From the human T2T-CHM13v2.0 reference genome, Homo sapiens: a stretch of DNA of 64,000 nucleotides. Location: NCBI RefSeq assembly GCF_009914755.1, contig NC_060926.1; one strand, given 5' to 3'. Both the position numbers and the translations under genes were made by a program. The notes under the pieces were generated by a model, which was not told the origin of the DNA, did not search any database, and saw only the letters and a list, made by a program, of their open reading frames with translations. This document shows positions 1-37,890 of the stretch, piece by piece (the first letter of the stretch is position 1; every line of letters starts with the position of its first letter).

Positions 1-430
<430 letters not shown>

Positions 431-738
431 AACACTATCAGTCACTAAGTGTTTTTTGGTTGTCTATGTCTATGTCCATAGTGCCAGGCACTCTCAGGCA
501 TTCTGAAGATACGCTGCTTTCATGATTCGGCTTTTATTTGACTGATAAATAATAACCATGACATACACTATTCAGATATTAACAAGATATTATATTTGTC
601 ACTTGACCAATATGCACAGTGTTTTCCTTGGTTTAAAAACAACAACAAAAAAATCTAAAAACCTGTGAAAATAAGGTAGCAAAACAAAAAAACAAACAAA
701 CAAAACAAGAAAATGAAGTTCTACATGATTACCAAATA

Positions 739-5020
<4,282 letters not shown>

Positions 5021-5069
5021 CCAAGTTCTTTTTTTAATAGGTCATTTTAAGGACTTTATTTCTGCCGGG

Positions 5070-5377
5070 TTTTTTTTTTTTTTGAGACAGGGTCTCACTC
5101 TCACCCAGGCTGGAGTGCAGTGGCACAATTTCAGCTCACTGCAGCCTCAATTTCTCCAGCTCAAGTGATCCTCCTACCTCACCATCCTACCTGGCCCCCT
5201 GCCCCAGGAGCTGGGACAACAGGTGTGCATCACCATGTCCAGCTAAGTTTTTAAAAATGTCTTTGTAGAGACAGAGCCTCACTGTTACCTAGGCTGATCT
5301 CAAAGTCCTGGGCTCAAGCAATCCTCCCACCTCCACCTCCCAAAGTGCCTGGGTGACAGAGTGAGACCCTGTCTCAA
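5070..5377 (-). mobile_element. AluJ-like (minus) fused to a 31-bp plus-strand Alu 3' end
   Basis: ...ctcccaaagtg runs directly into cctgggtgacagagtgagaccctgtctcaa. Confidence 0.8.
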
Positions 5378-5383
5378 TTTTAG

Positions 5384-6708
<1,325 letters not shown>

Positions 6709-6709
6709 C

Positions 6710-7560
<851 letters not shown>

Positions 7561-7717
7561 AGCTTTTGCTTGTAAAGTAAGCAGCAGCTACTTTCCTATA
7601 ATACTGTTTTAGAAATGCTGATCAACACAACAAAACATGTATTAAATATGATGAAAAATACACAAATGGAGAAAGTTCCTGGTCAACAGGGTGAAAGGCA
7701 AAAAACAAAACAAAACA

Positions 7718-9964
<2,247 letters not shown>

Positions 9965-10023
9965 AAATTTTTTCTTTTTTAATGTTTAGAGACAAGATCG
10001 GCTTGGTCACCCCAGCTGGAGTA

Positions 10024-10866
<843 letters not shown>

Positions 10867-10938
10867 GGAGTACAGCAGCAAGATCATAGCACACCGTAGC
10901 CTATCAGTGACTGGTGACTATCTGTGAAAGGTATATGA

Positions 10939-11318
<380 letters not shown>

Positions 11319-11359
11319 TCACACCTGTAATCCCAGCACTTTGGGAGGCCGGATCACTA

Positions 11360-11762
<403 letters not shown>

Positions 11763-11969
11763 CTACTTGGGAATGTGAGGCAGGAAGATTGCCTGAGCCC
11801 AACAGTTCCAGGCTACAGTCAACTATAATCTCACCACTGCACTCCAGCCTGGGCAACAAAGGAGTCCCTGTCTCAAAACAACTTCAAAAGACAAAGCAGG
11901 CCGGGCGCGGTGGCTCACGCCTGTAATCCCAGCACTTTGGGAGGCCGAGGCGGGCGGATCACGAGGTCA

Positions 11970-12203
<234 letters not shown>

Positions 12204-12283
12204 TTAATCTTACTAACTTTTCTATTTTATAGATATTGTTACATTATTTTTAGAAGGCTCTAGTAATACACACATAGACGCAT

Positions 12284-12308
12284 ACACACACACACACACA
12301 CACACACA
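12284..12308. repeat. (CA)n microsatellite
   Basis: Read directly. Confidence 0.95.
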
Positions 12309-12408
12309 ATAAATTTTACAGTGCCCGGGCTGGTCAAGGTGGCTCACACCTGTAATCCCAGCACATTGGTAGGCCAAGGCAGGTAAATTACCTGAGGTCA
12401 GGAGTTCA

Positions 12409-12924
<516 letters not shown>

Positions 12925-14109
12925 TTATAGGCACGTGCCACCATGCACAGCTAACTTTTGTATTTTTAGTAGAGATGGGATTTCATCATGTTGGCCAGGA
13001 TGGTCTCAATCTCCTGACCTTGTGATCCACCCGTCTTGGCCTCCCAGAATGCTGGCATTACAGGCGTGAGCCACCATGCCCTGCCAATAAATCTTTTTCT
13101 TTTCTTTTCTTTTTTTTTTTAAGACGAAGTTTCGCTCTTGTAGCCCAAGCTGGAGTGCAATGGTGCAATCTTGGCTCACTGCAACCTCTGCCTCCCGGGT
13201 TCAATTCTCTTGCCTCAGCCTCCCAAATAGCTGGGATTATAGGTGCCCGCCACCACGCCACCATGCCCAGCTAATTTTTGTATTTTAGTAGAGATGGGGC
13301 TTCACCATGTTGAAGGCTGGTCTCGAACTCCTGACCTCAAGTGATCCGCCCATCTCGGCCTCCCAAAGTGCAGGGATTACAGACGTGAGCCACAGCGCCC
13401 ATCCCAATTAAATCTTAAAAAAAATTTTTTTAAGAGATGGAGTCTTGTTACATTGCCCTCCAACTCCTGGCCTAAAGCAGTCTTCCTGCCTCAGACTCCC
13501 AAGTAGGTGGGACACCAACTATTGTAGTATTGTACTCTTAATATAATATAAAGAGAGAAGACAGAAAACTTACTTTAGTTCTGGGACTGTATACCACCAC
13601 ACCCAGCATTCTTTTTCTTCTTGGACTTCTGAGTTGGGCAGCTGCTTAGGTTTCTCTAACCATAAATTGATATAAAAATTTTTTGCCTGTAACCCTAGCA
13701 CTTTGTGAGGGTGAGGGGTGAGGATTGCTTCAGGCTAAGAGTTCAAGCCCAGCCTGGGCAACAGACTGAGACCCCATTTCTTTCTTTCTTCTTCTTCTTT
13801 TTTTTTTTTTTTTTTGAGACAGCATCTTGTTCTGACACCCAGACTGGAGTGCAGTGGCACAGTCACGGCTCACTGCAACCTGGAAGTTTTAGGCTCAAGT
13901 GATCCTCTGCTTCAGTCTCCTGAGTAGCTGGGATTACAGGCATGAGCCGCCGTGCTTGGCCTAATTTTCTTTATGTTTTGTAGAGATGGGGGTCTTGCTA
14001 TCTTTCCCAGGCTGGTCTCAAACTCCTGGGCTCAAGCAATCCCGCCTTGGCCTCCCAAAGTGCTGGGATTACAGGTGTGAGCCACTGCTGACTATCATGC
14101 TTCTTTTTA

Positions 14110-14424
<315 letters not shown>

Positions 14425-15449
14425 TTAGCTGGGTGTGGTGGCGCATGCCTGTAATCCCAGTTACTAGGGTGGCTGAGGCATAAGAATCCCTTGAACCAGG
14501 GAGGCAGAGGTTGCAGTGAGCCAATTGTGCCACTGCACTCCAGCCTGGGCGACAAAACGAGACTCCATCTCAAAAAAAAGAAAGAAAAATTAAAGACAAA
14601 CAAAACTATGGCTGGGCATGGTGGTTCACACCTGTGATCCCAACACTTTGGGAGGCTGAGGCAGGAGGATCACTTGAGCCCAGGAGTTTGAGACCAGCCT
14701 TGGGCAACGTAGTAAGACCCTGTCTCTACAAAAAAATACAAAAATTGGGTCAGGCATGGTGGCTCACATCTGTAATCCCAACATTTTGGGAGGCTGAGGC
14801 AGGCAGATCACTTGAGGTCAGGAGTTCGAGACCAGCCTGGCCAACATGGCGAAGCCCCGTCTCTATTAAAAATACAAAAATTAGCTGGGCATGGTGGCAC
14901 ACGCCTGTAGTCCTAGCTACTCAGAAGGCTGAGGCAGGAGAATCGCTTGAACATGGGAGGCAGAGGTTGCGGTGAGCCGAGATTGTGCCACTGCACTCTA
15001 GCCTGGGTGACAGAGTAAGACCCTATCTCAGAAAAACAACAACAACAACAACAACCCCACAGAAAACGAAAAATACAAAAATTAGCCGAGCATGGTGGCA
15101 TAGGTAGGCCTGCATTCCCGGCTACTTAGGAGGCTGAGGTGGGAGGATCACTTGAGCCTGGGGAGGTCAAAGCTGCAGTGAGCAGTGATTATGTCACTGT
15201 ACTCCAGCCTGGCCAACAATGAGAGACCCTGTCTCAAAAAAAATTGCATTATATTTAATTTTGTTTTAAGGTGATACTGTTTGTTGAACTTAAAATGACA
15301 AGCAGAATTTGGACACCCCACCCTTTGCCCAAACTTTCTCCCACTCTGCCCTTTCCTCAATTGCTCTTTGTACTCGGGTATTTGGGCCCTTCTCCTTTCT
15401 CCCTTTGGAGTCCCTTCTGCCTTCATCTCTTCCTTCTTCATCCTATACC

Positions 15450-15790
15450 TCTTGGCCCATCACCTTGCTCATTCCTTTGCCTTTTCACCTGTAAAGAGGC
15501 CCAGGCTAAGCCAGTGCTTCCCATTATCCACCACAGCCATTTCAAATCTCCACAAACCTCTGACCCACCCACCCCTCCCTCCAAGAATGACCTCACCTCC
15601 AACTTTAGAGAAAACAGAAGTCTTTGAAAGGAACTCCCCCAACTTCCTGCCTCCAAAATAACACCCTTCCTTTCACCTATTAAGGCTATTTTTTCTACCT
15701 ATGCTGTGGATCACACTCTCTCCACCCCCGTCCTCTTGGGCTCTGTGCAATTAATCATTCTGTCTCTCAGAATCTTGAACCTCTCTGGCT
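15450..15790. mobile_element. L2 relic
   Basis: gacctcacctccaactttagagaaaacagaag...ggaactcccc resembles L2 ORF2. Confidence 0.55.
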
Positions 15791-15804
15791 CACTAGTCTT
15801 TAAA

Positions 15805-16465
15805 TAGTCAGTTTATAACTCAGCAGTTCGATCGGGTCTGCACAAAGGCTCCTATCTGTCTATACCCAAGCACTTCTGTGATGCTCCTGTACTCATGACC
15901 CAGCTGTTTTTCTTGTCATCCTGGCTCCTCTTTGGCAAGAAGATTAAGTTTACTGAATAAGCAGTGATAAAAAGCTAGAAGAAGTTTCTAGGCATATAGT
16001 TCTTTGCAAGCTTTTTTTTTTTTTTTAATCACCATGGAGTTGATGCTTTGGGCCATATTTGTGGAATGGAAGTAAGAAAAGATTCTTGAGAATTTTTCAA
16101 CTGATGTTTTGAGAATTTTTCAACTGATGTTTTGAGAATTTTTCAACTGATGTTTTTGGTTACACAGAGAAAGGCGTGGAAGGAAAAGGTAGAAAGACTT
16201 AATCAAGTCACTGAAAATAATATTGGAATCATTATCAAGTATTATACCAGGACGACAATGGAGAGGATGGCTTCACTTTCTGGATTTGTTGATGAGTCAG
16301 ATGCATCTCTCGAAGCTTGTAATTATTAAGACTAGTCGGCAAGAATGAACAATTTCCAGAGACCCAAGGATCCAAAGAACCTACCAAATGACAGGGCTCA
16401 GAAACTGAACGTGCAGTCATCGACATCTTATAGACAAAGAAGAGATGATACATCATCTACAATGA
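15805..16465 (+). pseudogene. PSMD12: 5'-truncated processed pseudogene of 26S proteasome lid subunit PSMD12 (Rpn5), C-terminal PCI-domain region
   Basis: Collinear manual translations across frameshifts: [84 protein letters not shown] (TGA 16463-16465). Recalled PSMD12: [88 protein letters not shown]. No introns; stops and frameshifts. Symbol is the parent gene. Confidence 0.9.
16086..16154 (+). repeat. Perfect tandem repeat, 23 bp x3 (ttgagaatttttcaactgatgtt)
   Basis: Identical copies start at 16086, 16109 and 16132. Confidence 0.95.
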
Positions 16466-16597
16466 GGACCTTGATGTCCTTAATCTTTTTGAGACGGCAT
16501 TCAAACTAGAATCCATAAAAATCGACTTAGCACGGGTGCCTGGTAATTTTTTCCCTCTATTCTCAACTCCTTTGTCCAAAATTTAAAAGATACATGA

Positions 16598-21610
<5,013 letters not shown>

Positions 21611-22259
21611 TAAAATAAAATATAAATAAATTGCACCAACTTAAATCCCACCAGCAGTGTATAACATATCCTTACCAGCATGTGTTGTTATATGATTTTT
21701 TTTCCTTTTTGACTATCTGAAGGTTATAAAGTGGTGTTTCCTTTTGGTTTAAATTTTCAGTTCTCTGATTACTAATAAAGTTGTGTGCATTTTTTCATAT
21801 GTTTATTGACCATTCAAGTCCCTTCTATGAAATGCCTCTTTATATCTTTTGCCTTACTTGGTTATAAATCTCTTGTTTAAGCCTTTCGTAACTGCTAGGC
21901 ATGGGGGCTAAAGGGTTTTGCATAGGTTATGTTATGAATCCTTACAATCTACTGCCTTGAGTCCTTTTTTAGAGCAAGATATTTATACATGTTAATGAGT
22001 CTTTGCTACTGTATAAGGTATCTGTCTACAGATTTAAAGAAAAAGAAACACTTCTAAGTTTCCTAACCTTTAGCAAAGTGTAATGCCTCCACACTCAACA
22101 CATTTATTTTAGGAAAGACCTTAATTCTGACTCTATTTCACAAATGTTATTTGAAAGCAGCATTAGCTTTATCAGTTAAAGAGTTTTTTTAAATCAAAAA
22201 TAGCGTGCATTTGAAAAAGAAGACAGTGAGCTGCTAGTAGTTTAGCCCCCTTGCCACTT

Positions 22260-22415
22260 TAAGTGTGAAACAGAGACCAGCAGCATCACCATCCACCCGG
22301 AACTTGTTAGAAATGTAGAATCTTGAGCCTCACCCTAGATCTACTGAATCAGAATGTACATTTTAAAAAGGTCTCCAGGTGACTCACTGGTACTTTTCAA
22401 TTTGAAAAGGGCTGG
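22260..22415. mobile_element. MER5A-like hAT-Charlie DNA transposon relic
   Basis: accagcagcatcacc...gaacttgttagaaatgtagaatct...ctactgaatcagaa...ccaggtga. Confidence 0.75.
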
Positions 22416-22789
22416 TTAGCTAAACGGTGGTAGACACTACATGTAGGATCTGGTTGGGACTGGGGCTGAAGGAATGTCTTTGTTTTTTCAGTGTATTTGG
22501 AGCCTGACATTGTTAGGTGTAAGTGCTTGAATCTCTGGGGGGCCCATCTAGGTGAAATGGAGCTGAGAACACGCAAGTTACTTGGATCTGTCAGGTAGTT
22601 TCTGGTCTTACAGCCCCAGAAAAATAAAATAGACTAAACAATGTGGCCTGAAATATATCTAATTGAGGTCTAACTAATTTTTTATTTTTTTTCTAGAATG
22701 ATCTATACAATTGATCCAACTCTTCACTTCATTTTGAGTGTATGATTCAGTCTGACAGTCTTACATTAACTAGATGGGTTTGACTAATA

Positions 22790-22950
22790 GATTTTTGAAC
22801 CTCAGAACCTTAGAAATCGTTTGTACCAACACTTCCATTTTACAGATGAGGCAAATGAAGCATCATGCAATTAAGGGAGAGATCACACAGCATTCAGTGG
22901 CAGGATGACAGTCCCAGTCTTGGGCTTTTGCCATTTAATCAGAGGCCCAG
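22790..22950 (-). mobile_element. MIR relic
   Basis: ccattttacagatgaggcaaatgaag. Confidence 0.6.
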
Positions 22951-23067
22951 ATTAGGAATTTCCCAATTCTCTAGATACATCTGGCCCGAGGTGGGTAAAC
23001 TCAGTATTTTTTTTTATATAATTAAAGGAATGAATTAATATCTTGTGAAAATAGCCTGGTAATGTAA

Positions 23068-30103
<7,036 letters not shown>

Positions 30104-30298
30104 CATCTTCTTGTTCTCTTGATGCCCCATCTTTTTAATGGGTGCATAGCATTTCATTGGGTGCCTTATTTAACTAGTCCCCTCTTAATGAACATTTATG
30201 TTGTTTTTTTCCAGTTTTTGCTATTAAATGTTACAATGGATAGTTTCTAGTAATCACATTTGAATATCTGTGTACATATGTGTGTGAAATAAATTTCT

Positions 30299-30515
30299 TG
30301 GCCCCGTGAAGTGGCTCACGCCTGTAATTCCAGCACCTTGGGAGTCAAAGGCAGGAGGGTTGCTTGAGGCCAGGAATTCAAGAGTAGTCTGAGCATAGTA
30401 GCCAGACCCTCTCTTTACAAAAAAATATTTTAAATTAGCTGAGTGTGCTTAACAATGGGGATAATAAAAGAGGAAGAAGAAAAGGAAGAGAAAGAGGAAA
30501 GAAGAAGGAAGAAGA

Positions 30516-30549
<34 letters not shown>

Positions 30550-30720
30550 AAAATTAGCTGAGCATGATGATGTATGCTCTAGTACCAGCTACTCCAGAGG
30601 CTGAGGCAGGAGAATGGTTTGAGCTCAGGAGTTCCAGACTGTAGTGAGTTATACTCATTCCACATGCCCCACACACCAGCCTGTGAATGTGAGACCTTGT
30701 CTCTAAAAAAACAAAAAATA
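30299..30720 (+). mobile_element. AluJ-like, with an internal insert carrying a GAA-rich purine tract (30466-30553)
   Basis: aaattagctgag(tg/ca)tg duplicated at 30432-30447 and 30551-30566. Confidence 0.8.
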
Positions 30721-30996
30721 AATTGTTGTAGCCAACTTGTTTTCCAAAACAAAGTAGCACCTTCAAATATAATTGATAATTTATTATTTATTTCTGAGCA
30801 CTTCTGTGAGGTGGATAAATAACACATTCCAGTTAATTTTCAAGATTAACAATAGGCTAGAGATCACTTGTACATTATTATATATTTCACTATAACCTGA
30901 GACCCATAGTGGCTCAATCAAGAAATATTTATTAACTAGTCAACTATGGACACAGCTTCTAAAACTTCCTATAATTTGTATTCAATAAAAAGTGTG

Positions 30997-31370
30997 CTGG
31001 GCGCGGTGGCTCACGCATGTAATCCCAGCACTTTGGGAGGCTGAGGTGGGCAGATCACGAGGTCAGGAGATCGAGACCATACTGGCTAACATGGTGAAAC
31101 CCCGTCTCTACTAAAAATACAAAAAATTAGCCGGGTGTGGTGGCAGGCGCCTGTAGTCCCAGCTACTCAGGAGGCAGGAGAATGGCGTGAACCTGGGAGG
31201 CGGAGCTTGCAGTGAGCGGAGATCGCACGACTGCACTCCAGCCTGGGCGACACAGCGAGACTCCATCTCAAAAAAAAAAAAAAAAAAAAAGGAAGGGGGG
31301 CAACAGATATCACACCATTGCACGCCAGCCCAGGAAACAGAGTGTAACCGTGTGTGAAAAAAAAAAAAAG
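30997..31370 (+). mobile_element. AluY followed by an Alu 3' fragment
   Basis: Alu consensus and tails. Confidence 0.8.
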
Positions 31371-31406
31371 TGGGCTGCAAACCCCATGTAGAGTGATCAT
31401 ATAATT

Positions 31407-31710
31407 GGCTGGGTGCAGTGGTGCACACCTGTAATCCCAGCACTTTGGGAGGCTGAGGCAGGTGGATCACCTGCAGTCAGGAGTTTGAGACCAGCCTAGC
31501 CAACATGGCAAAACCCCATCTCTACTAAAAATACAAAAATTAGCCAGGTATGGTGGCACATGCCTGTAATCCCAGCTACTCAGGAGGCTGAGGTAGGAGA
31601 ATTGCTTGAACCCAGGAGGCAGAGGTTGCAGTGAGCCAAGATTGTTCTACTGCACTCTAGCCTGGGTGACAGAGTCAGACTGTGTCACAAAAAAAAAAAA
31701 CAAAAAGAAA
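31407..31710 (+). mobile_element. Full-length AluS
   Basis: Begins immediately after agagtgatcatataatt; A-rich tail abuts L1 5'UTR. Confidence 0.9.
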
Positions 31711-34699
31711 AGGACAGTGCTCCAGCTCTGCTAAGGGACAGACTGCTTCCTCAAGTGGGTCCCTGGCCCTGGTGCCTCCTGACTGGGAGACACCTCCCAA
31801 CAGGGGTCGACAGACATTTCATAAAGAAGAGCTCCGTCTGGCCTCAGGCCAGTGCCCCTCTAGGAAGAAACTACTTCCAGAGGAAGGAGCAGTCAGCAAT
31901 CTTTGCTGTTCTGCAGCCTCCACTGGTGATACCCACGTGAATAGGGTCTGGAATAGACCTCCAGCAAACTGTAGCAGACCTGCAGAACAGGGGCCTGACT
32001 ATTAGAAGAAAAACTAACAGACAGAAAGCACAACACCAACATCAACAAAAAAGACCCTCACAAAAAATCCCCATCCAAAGGTCATCAGCCTCAAAAATCA
32101 AAGGTAGATAAATCCACGAAGATGAGGAAAAACCAGCCCCAAAACACTGAAAATTCCAAAAACCAGAATGCCTCTTCTCCAAATGATTGCAACTCCTTTC
32201 CTCTCTAGCAAGGGCACAAAACTGGACCGAGAATGAGATTGACAAATTGACAGAAGTAGGCTTCAGAAGGTGGGTAATAACAAACTCCTCTGAGCTAAAG
32301 GAGCATGTTCTAACCCAATGCAAGGAAGCTAAGAACCTTGATGAAAGGTTATAGGAACTGCTAACTAGAATAACCAGTTTAGAGAAGAACATAAATGACC
32401 TGATGGAGCTGAAAAACACAGCATGAGAACTTCATAAAGCATACACAAATATCAATAGCCAAATCGATCAAGCGGAAGAAAGGATATCAGAGATTGAAGA
32501 TCACCTCACTGAAATAAGGTGTGAAGACAAGATTAGAGAAAAAAGAATGAAAAAGAACGAACAAAGCCTCCAAGCAATATGGGACTATGTGAAAAAACCA
32601 AACCTACGATTGACTAGGGTACCTGAAACTGACGGGGAGAATGGAGCCAAGCTGAAAAACACACTTCAGGATATTATCCAGGAGAACTTCCCCAACCTAA
32701 CAAGACAGGCCAACATTCGAATTCAGGAAATACAGAAACACCACTAAGATACTCCTGAAGAAGAGCAACCCCAAGACACATAATAGTCAGATTCTCCAAG
32801 GTTGAAATGAAGGAAAAAATGTTAAGGGCAGCCAGAGAGGAAGGTCAGGTTACCTACAAAGGGAAGCCCATCAGACTAACAGCAGATCTGTCTGCAGAAA
32901 CCCTACACGCCAGAAGAGAGTGGGGGCCAATATTCAACATTCTTAAAGAAAAGAATTTTCAGGCTGGGCGTGGTGGCTCATGTCTGTAATCCCAGCACTT
33001 TGGGAGGTCGAGGCGGGTGGATTATGAGGTCATGAGTTTGAGACCAGCCTGGCCAAGATGGTGAAACCCCTTCTCTACTAAAGATACAAAAAAATGGCTA
33101 TACTGCCCAAAGTAATTTAAAGATTCAATGCTATTCCCATCAAGCTACCTTTGACTTTCTTTGTAGAGTTAGAAAAAACTACTTTAAATTTCATATGGGA
33201 CCAAAAAAGAACCTGTATAGCCAAGACAATTCTAAGCAAAAAGCACAAAGCTGGAGGCATCACGTATCTGACTTCAAACTATACTACAAGGCTACAGTAA
33301 CCAAAACAGAATGGTACTGATACCAAAACAGATATATAGAACAATGGAGCAAAACAGAGACCTCAGAAATAACACCACACATCTGCAACCATCTGATCTT
33401 TGGCAAACCTAACAAAAATAAGCAATGGGGGAAAGGAGTCCGTATTTAAGAAATGATGCTGGGAAAACTGGCTAGCCACTTGCAGAAAACAGAAACTGGA
33501 CCTCTTCCTTACACCTTATACAAAAATTAACTCAAGATGGATTAAAGACTTAAATGTAAAACCCAAAACCATAAAAACCCTAGAAGAAAACCTAGGCAAT
33601 CCCATTCAGGACATAGGCATGGGCAAAGGCTTCATGACTAAAACATCAAAAGCAATTGCAAGAAAAGCCAAAATTGACAAAGGGGATCTAATTAAACTAA
33701 AGAGCTTCTGCACAACGAAGAAACTATCATCAGAGTGAACAGGCAACCTAAGAATGGAAGAAAAGTTTTGCAATCTACCTATCTGACAAAAGTCCAATAT
33801 CCAGACTCTACAAGGAACTTTAACAAATTTACAAGGAAAAAAACAAACAACCTTATCAAAAAGTGGGCGAAGGATATGAACAGACACTTCTCAACAGAAG
33901 ACATTTATGCAGCCAACAAACGTGAAAAAAAGCTCATCATCACTGGTCATTAGATAAATGCAAATCAAAACCACAATGAGATACCATCTCATGCCAGTTA
34001 GAATGGTGATTATTAAAAAGTCAGGAAACAACAGATGCTGGCAAGGCTGTGGAGAAATAGGAAAGCTTTTACACTGTTGATGGGAGTGTAAATTAGTTCA
34101 ACCATTGTGGGAGACAATGTGGCGATTCCTCAAGGATCTAGAACCAGAAATACCATTTGACCCAGCAGCCCTATTACTGGGTATATACCCAAAGGATTAT
34201 GAATCGTTCTACTATAAAGACGCATGCACACATATGTTTATTGCAGCACTATTTACAATAGCAAAGACTTGGAACCAACTCAAATGCCCATCAATGATAG
34301 GCTGGATAAAGATAATGTGGCACATGTACACCATAGAATATTATACAGCCATAAAAAACAATGAGCTCATGTCCGTTGCAGGGACATGGATGAAACTGGA
34401 AACCATCATTCTCAGCAAATACAGGAACAGAAAACCAAACACCGCATGTTCTCACTCATAAGTGGGAGTTGAACAATGAGAACACGTGGTCACAGGAAGG
34501 GGAACATCACACATAGGTCGGGGGTAGGGGGCAAGGGGAGGGAGAGCATTAAGACAAATACCTAATGCATGCGGGGCTTAACACCTAGAGGATGGCTTGA
34601 TAGGTGCGGCAAACCACGATGGCACATGTATACTTATGTAACAAACCTGTACATTCTGCACTTGTATCCCAGAACTAAGAGTAAAATAAAGAAAAAAAA
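31711..34699 (+). mobile_element. L1PA (PA7/PA8-like): partial 5'UTR, disrupted ORF1 from ATG 32122 to 32961, ORF2 3' part 33091-34472, 3'UTR, poly-A; internally deleted
   Basis: ORF1 peptides WDYVKKPNLRL and KGKPIRLTADLSAETL..RREWGPIFNILKEKNFQ; ORF2 peptides EIPFDPA..LLGIYPKD and WMKLETIILSK; 3'UTR G-tract. Confidence 0.95.
32962..33094 (+). mobile_element. Alu left monomer at the L1 ORF1/ORF2 deletion junction
   Basis: ggctgggcgtggtggc...ctactaaagatacaaaaaaa followed directly by L1 ORF2 tggctatactgcccaaag. Confidence 0.9.
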
Positions 34700-34807
34700 G
34701 AGTGATCATATAATTTCTCAATCAAACATTTAAAAAGCAGGCATAACACATAACAGGGTCTTTCCCAAACAAAACAGGACTTATGGTTACCTTATATGTA
34801 AAATGCC

Positions 34808-37647
<2,840 letters not shown>

Positions 37648-37754
37648 CTGGTAGAAAAAGATAAAATAGTAGGCTATATTTATGTGACAGGACAGTTTTT
37701 TGTGATGTTAATTTATTAATTGTAGCAGTGTGTTTTGCTCACTACAGTATTTCT

Positions 37755-37890
37755 CAGCCCCCACACAACCCCGCTCGCCCCACTCTACACAGGTCCTTTG
37801 TGTCTAGGTCTTTTGTAATTCCCTTCCTAGGAATTTTGCAAGAGGGAAAGCCAATAGCCGCTTAAAGCCAAACGCTCTTCCGGTCTTTTG
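37755..37890. promoter_or_regulatory. Candidate cis-regulatory motif cluster in unique DNA
   Basis: GC-box-like ccccgctcgcccc (~37769-37781); TTCCTAGGAA palindrome 37824-37833; agCCAATag (CCAAT 37851-37855); ETS cttccggt 37877-37884. Confidence 0.35.

Larger units (their letters stand above)
31389..34794. mobile_element. MER94-like hAT-Blackjack MITE split by the Alu/L1 composite
   Basis: Left end tagagtgatcatataatt; right end cccaaacaaaacaggacttatggttacctta; degenerate TAGGGTRACCATA terminal inverted repeats. Confidence 0.5.

Noticed and set aside
16086-16154. Direct repeats resembling a CRISPR array (also the 17-bp LTR10 units)
   Set aside because: Head-to-tail with no spacers, no cas genes, primate context
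31711-34699. Retrotransposition-competent L1
   Set aside because: 5'UTR truncated, ORF1 disrupted, EN and RT regions deleted
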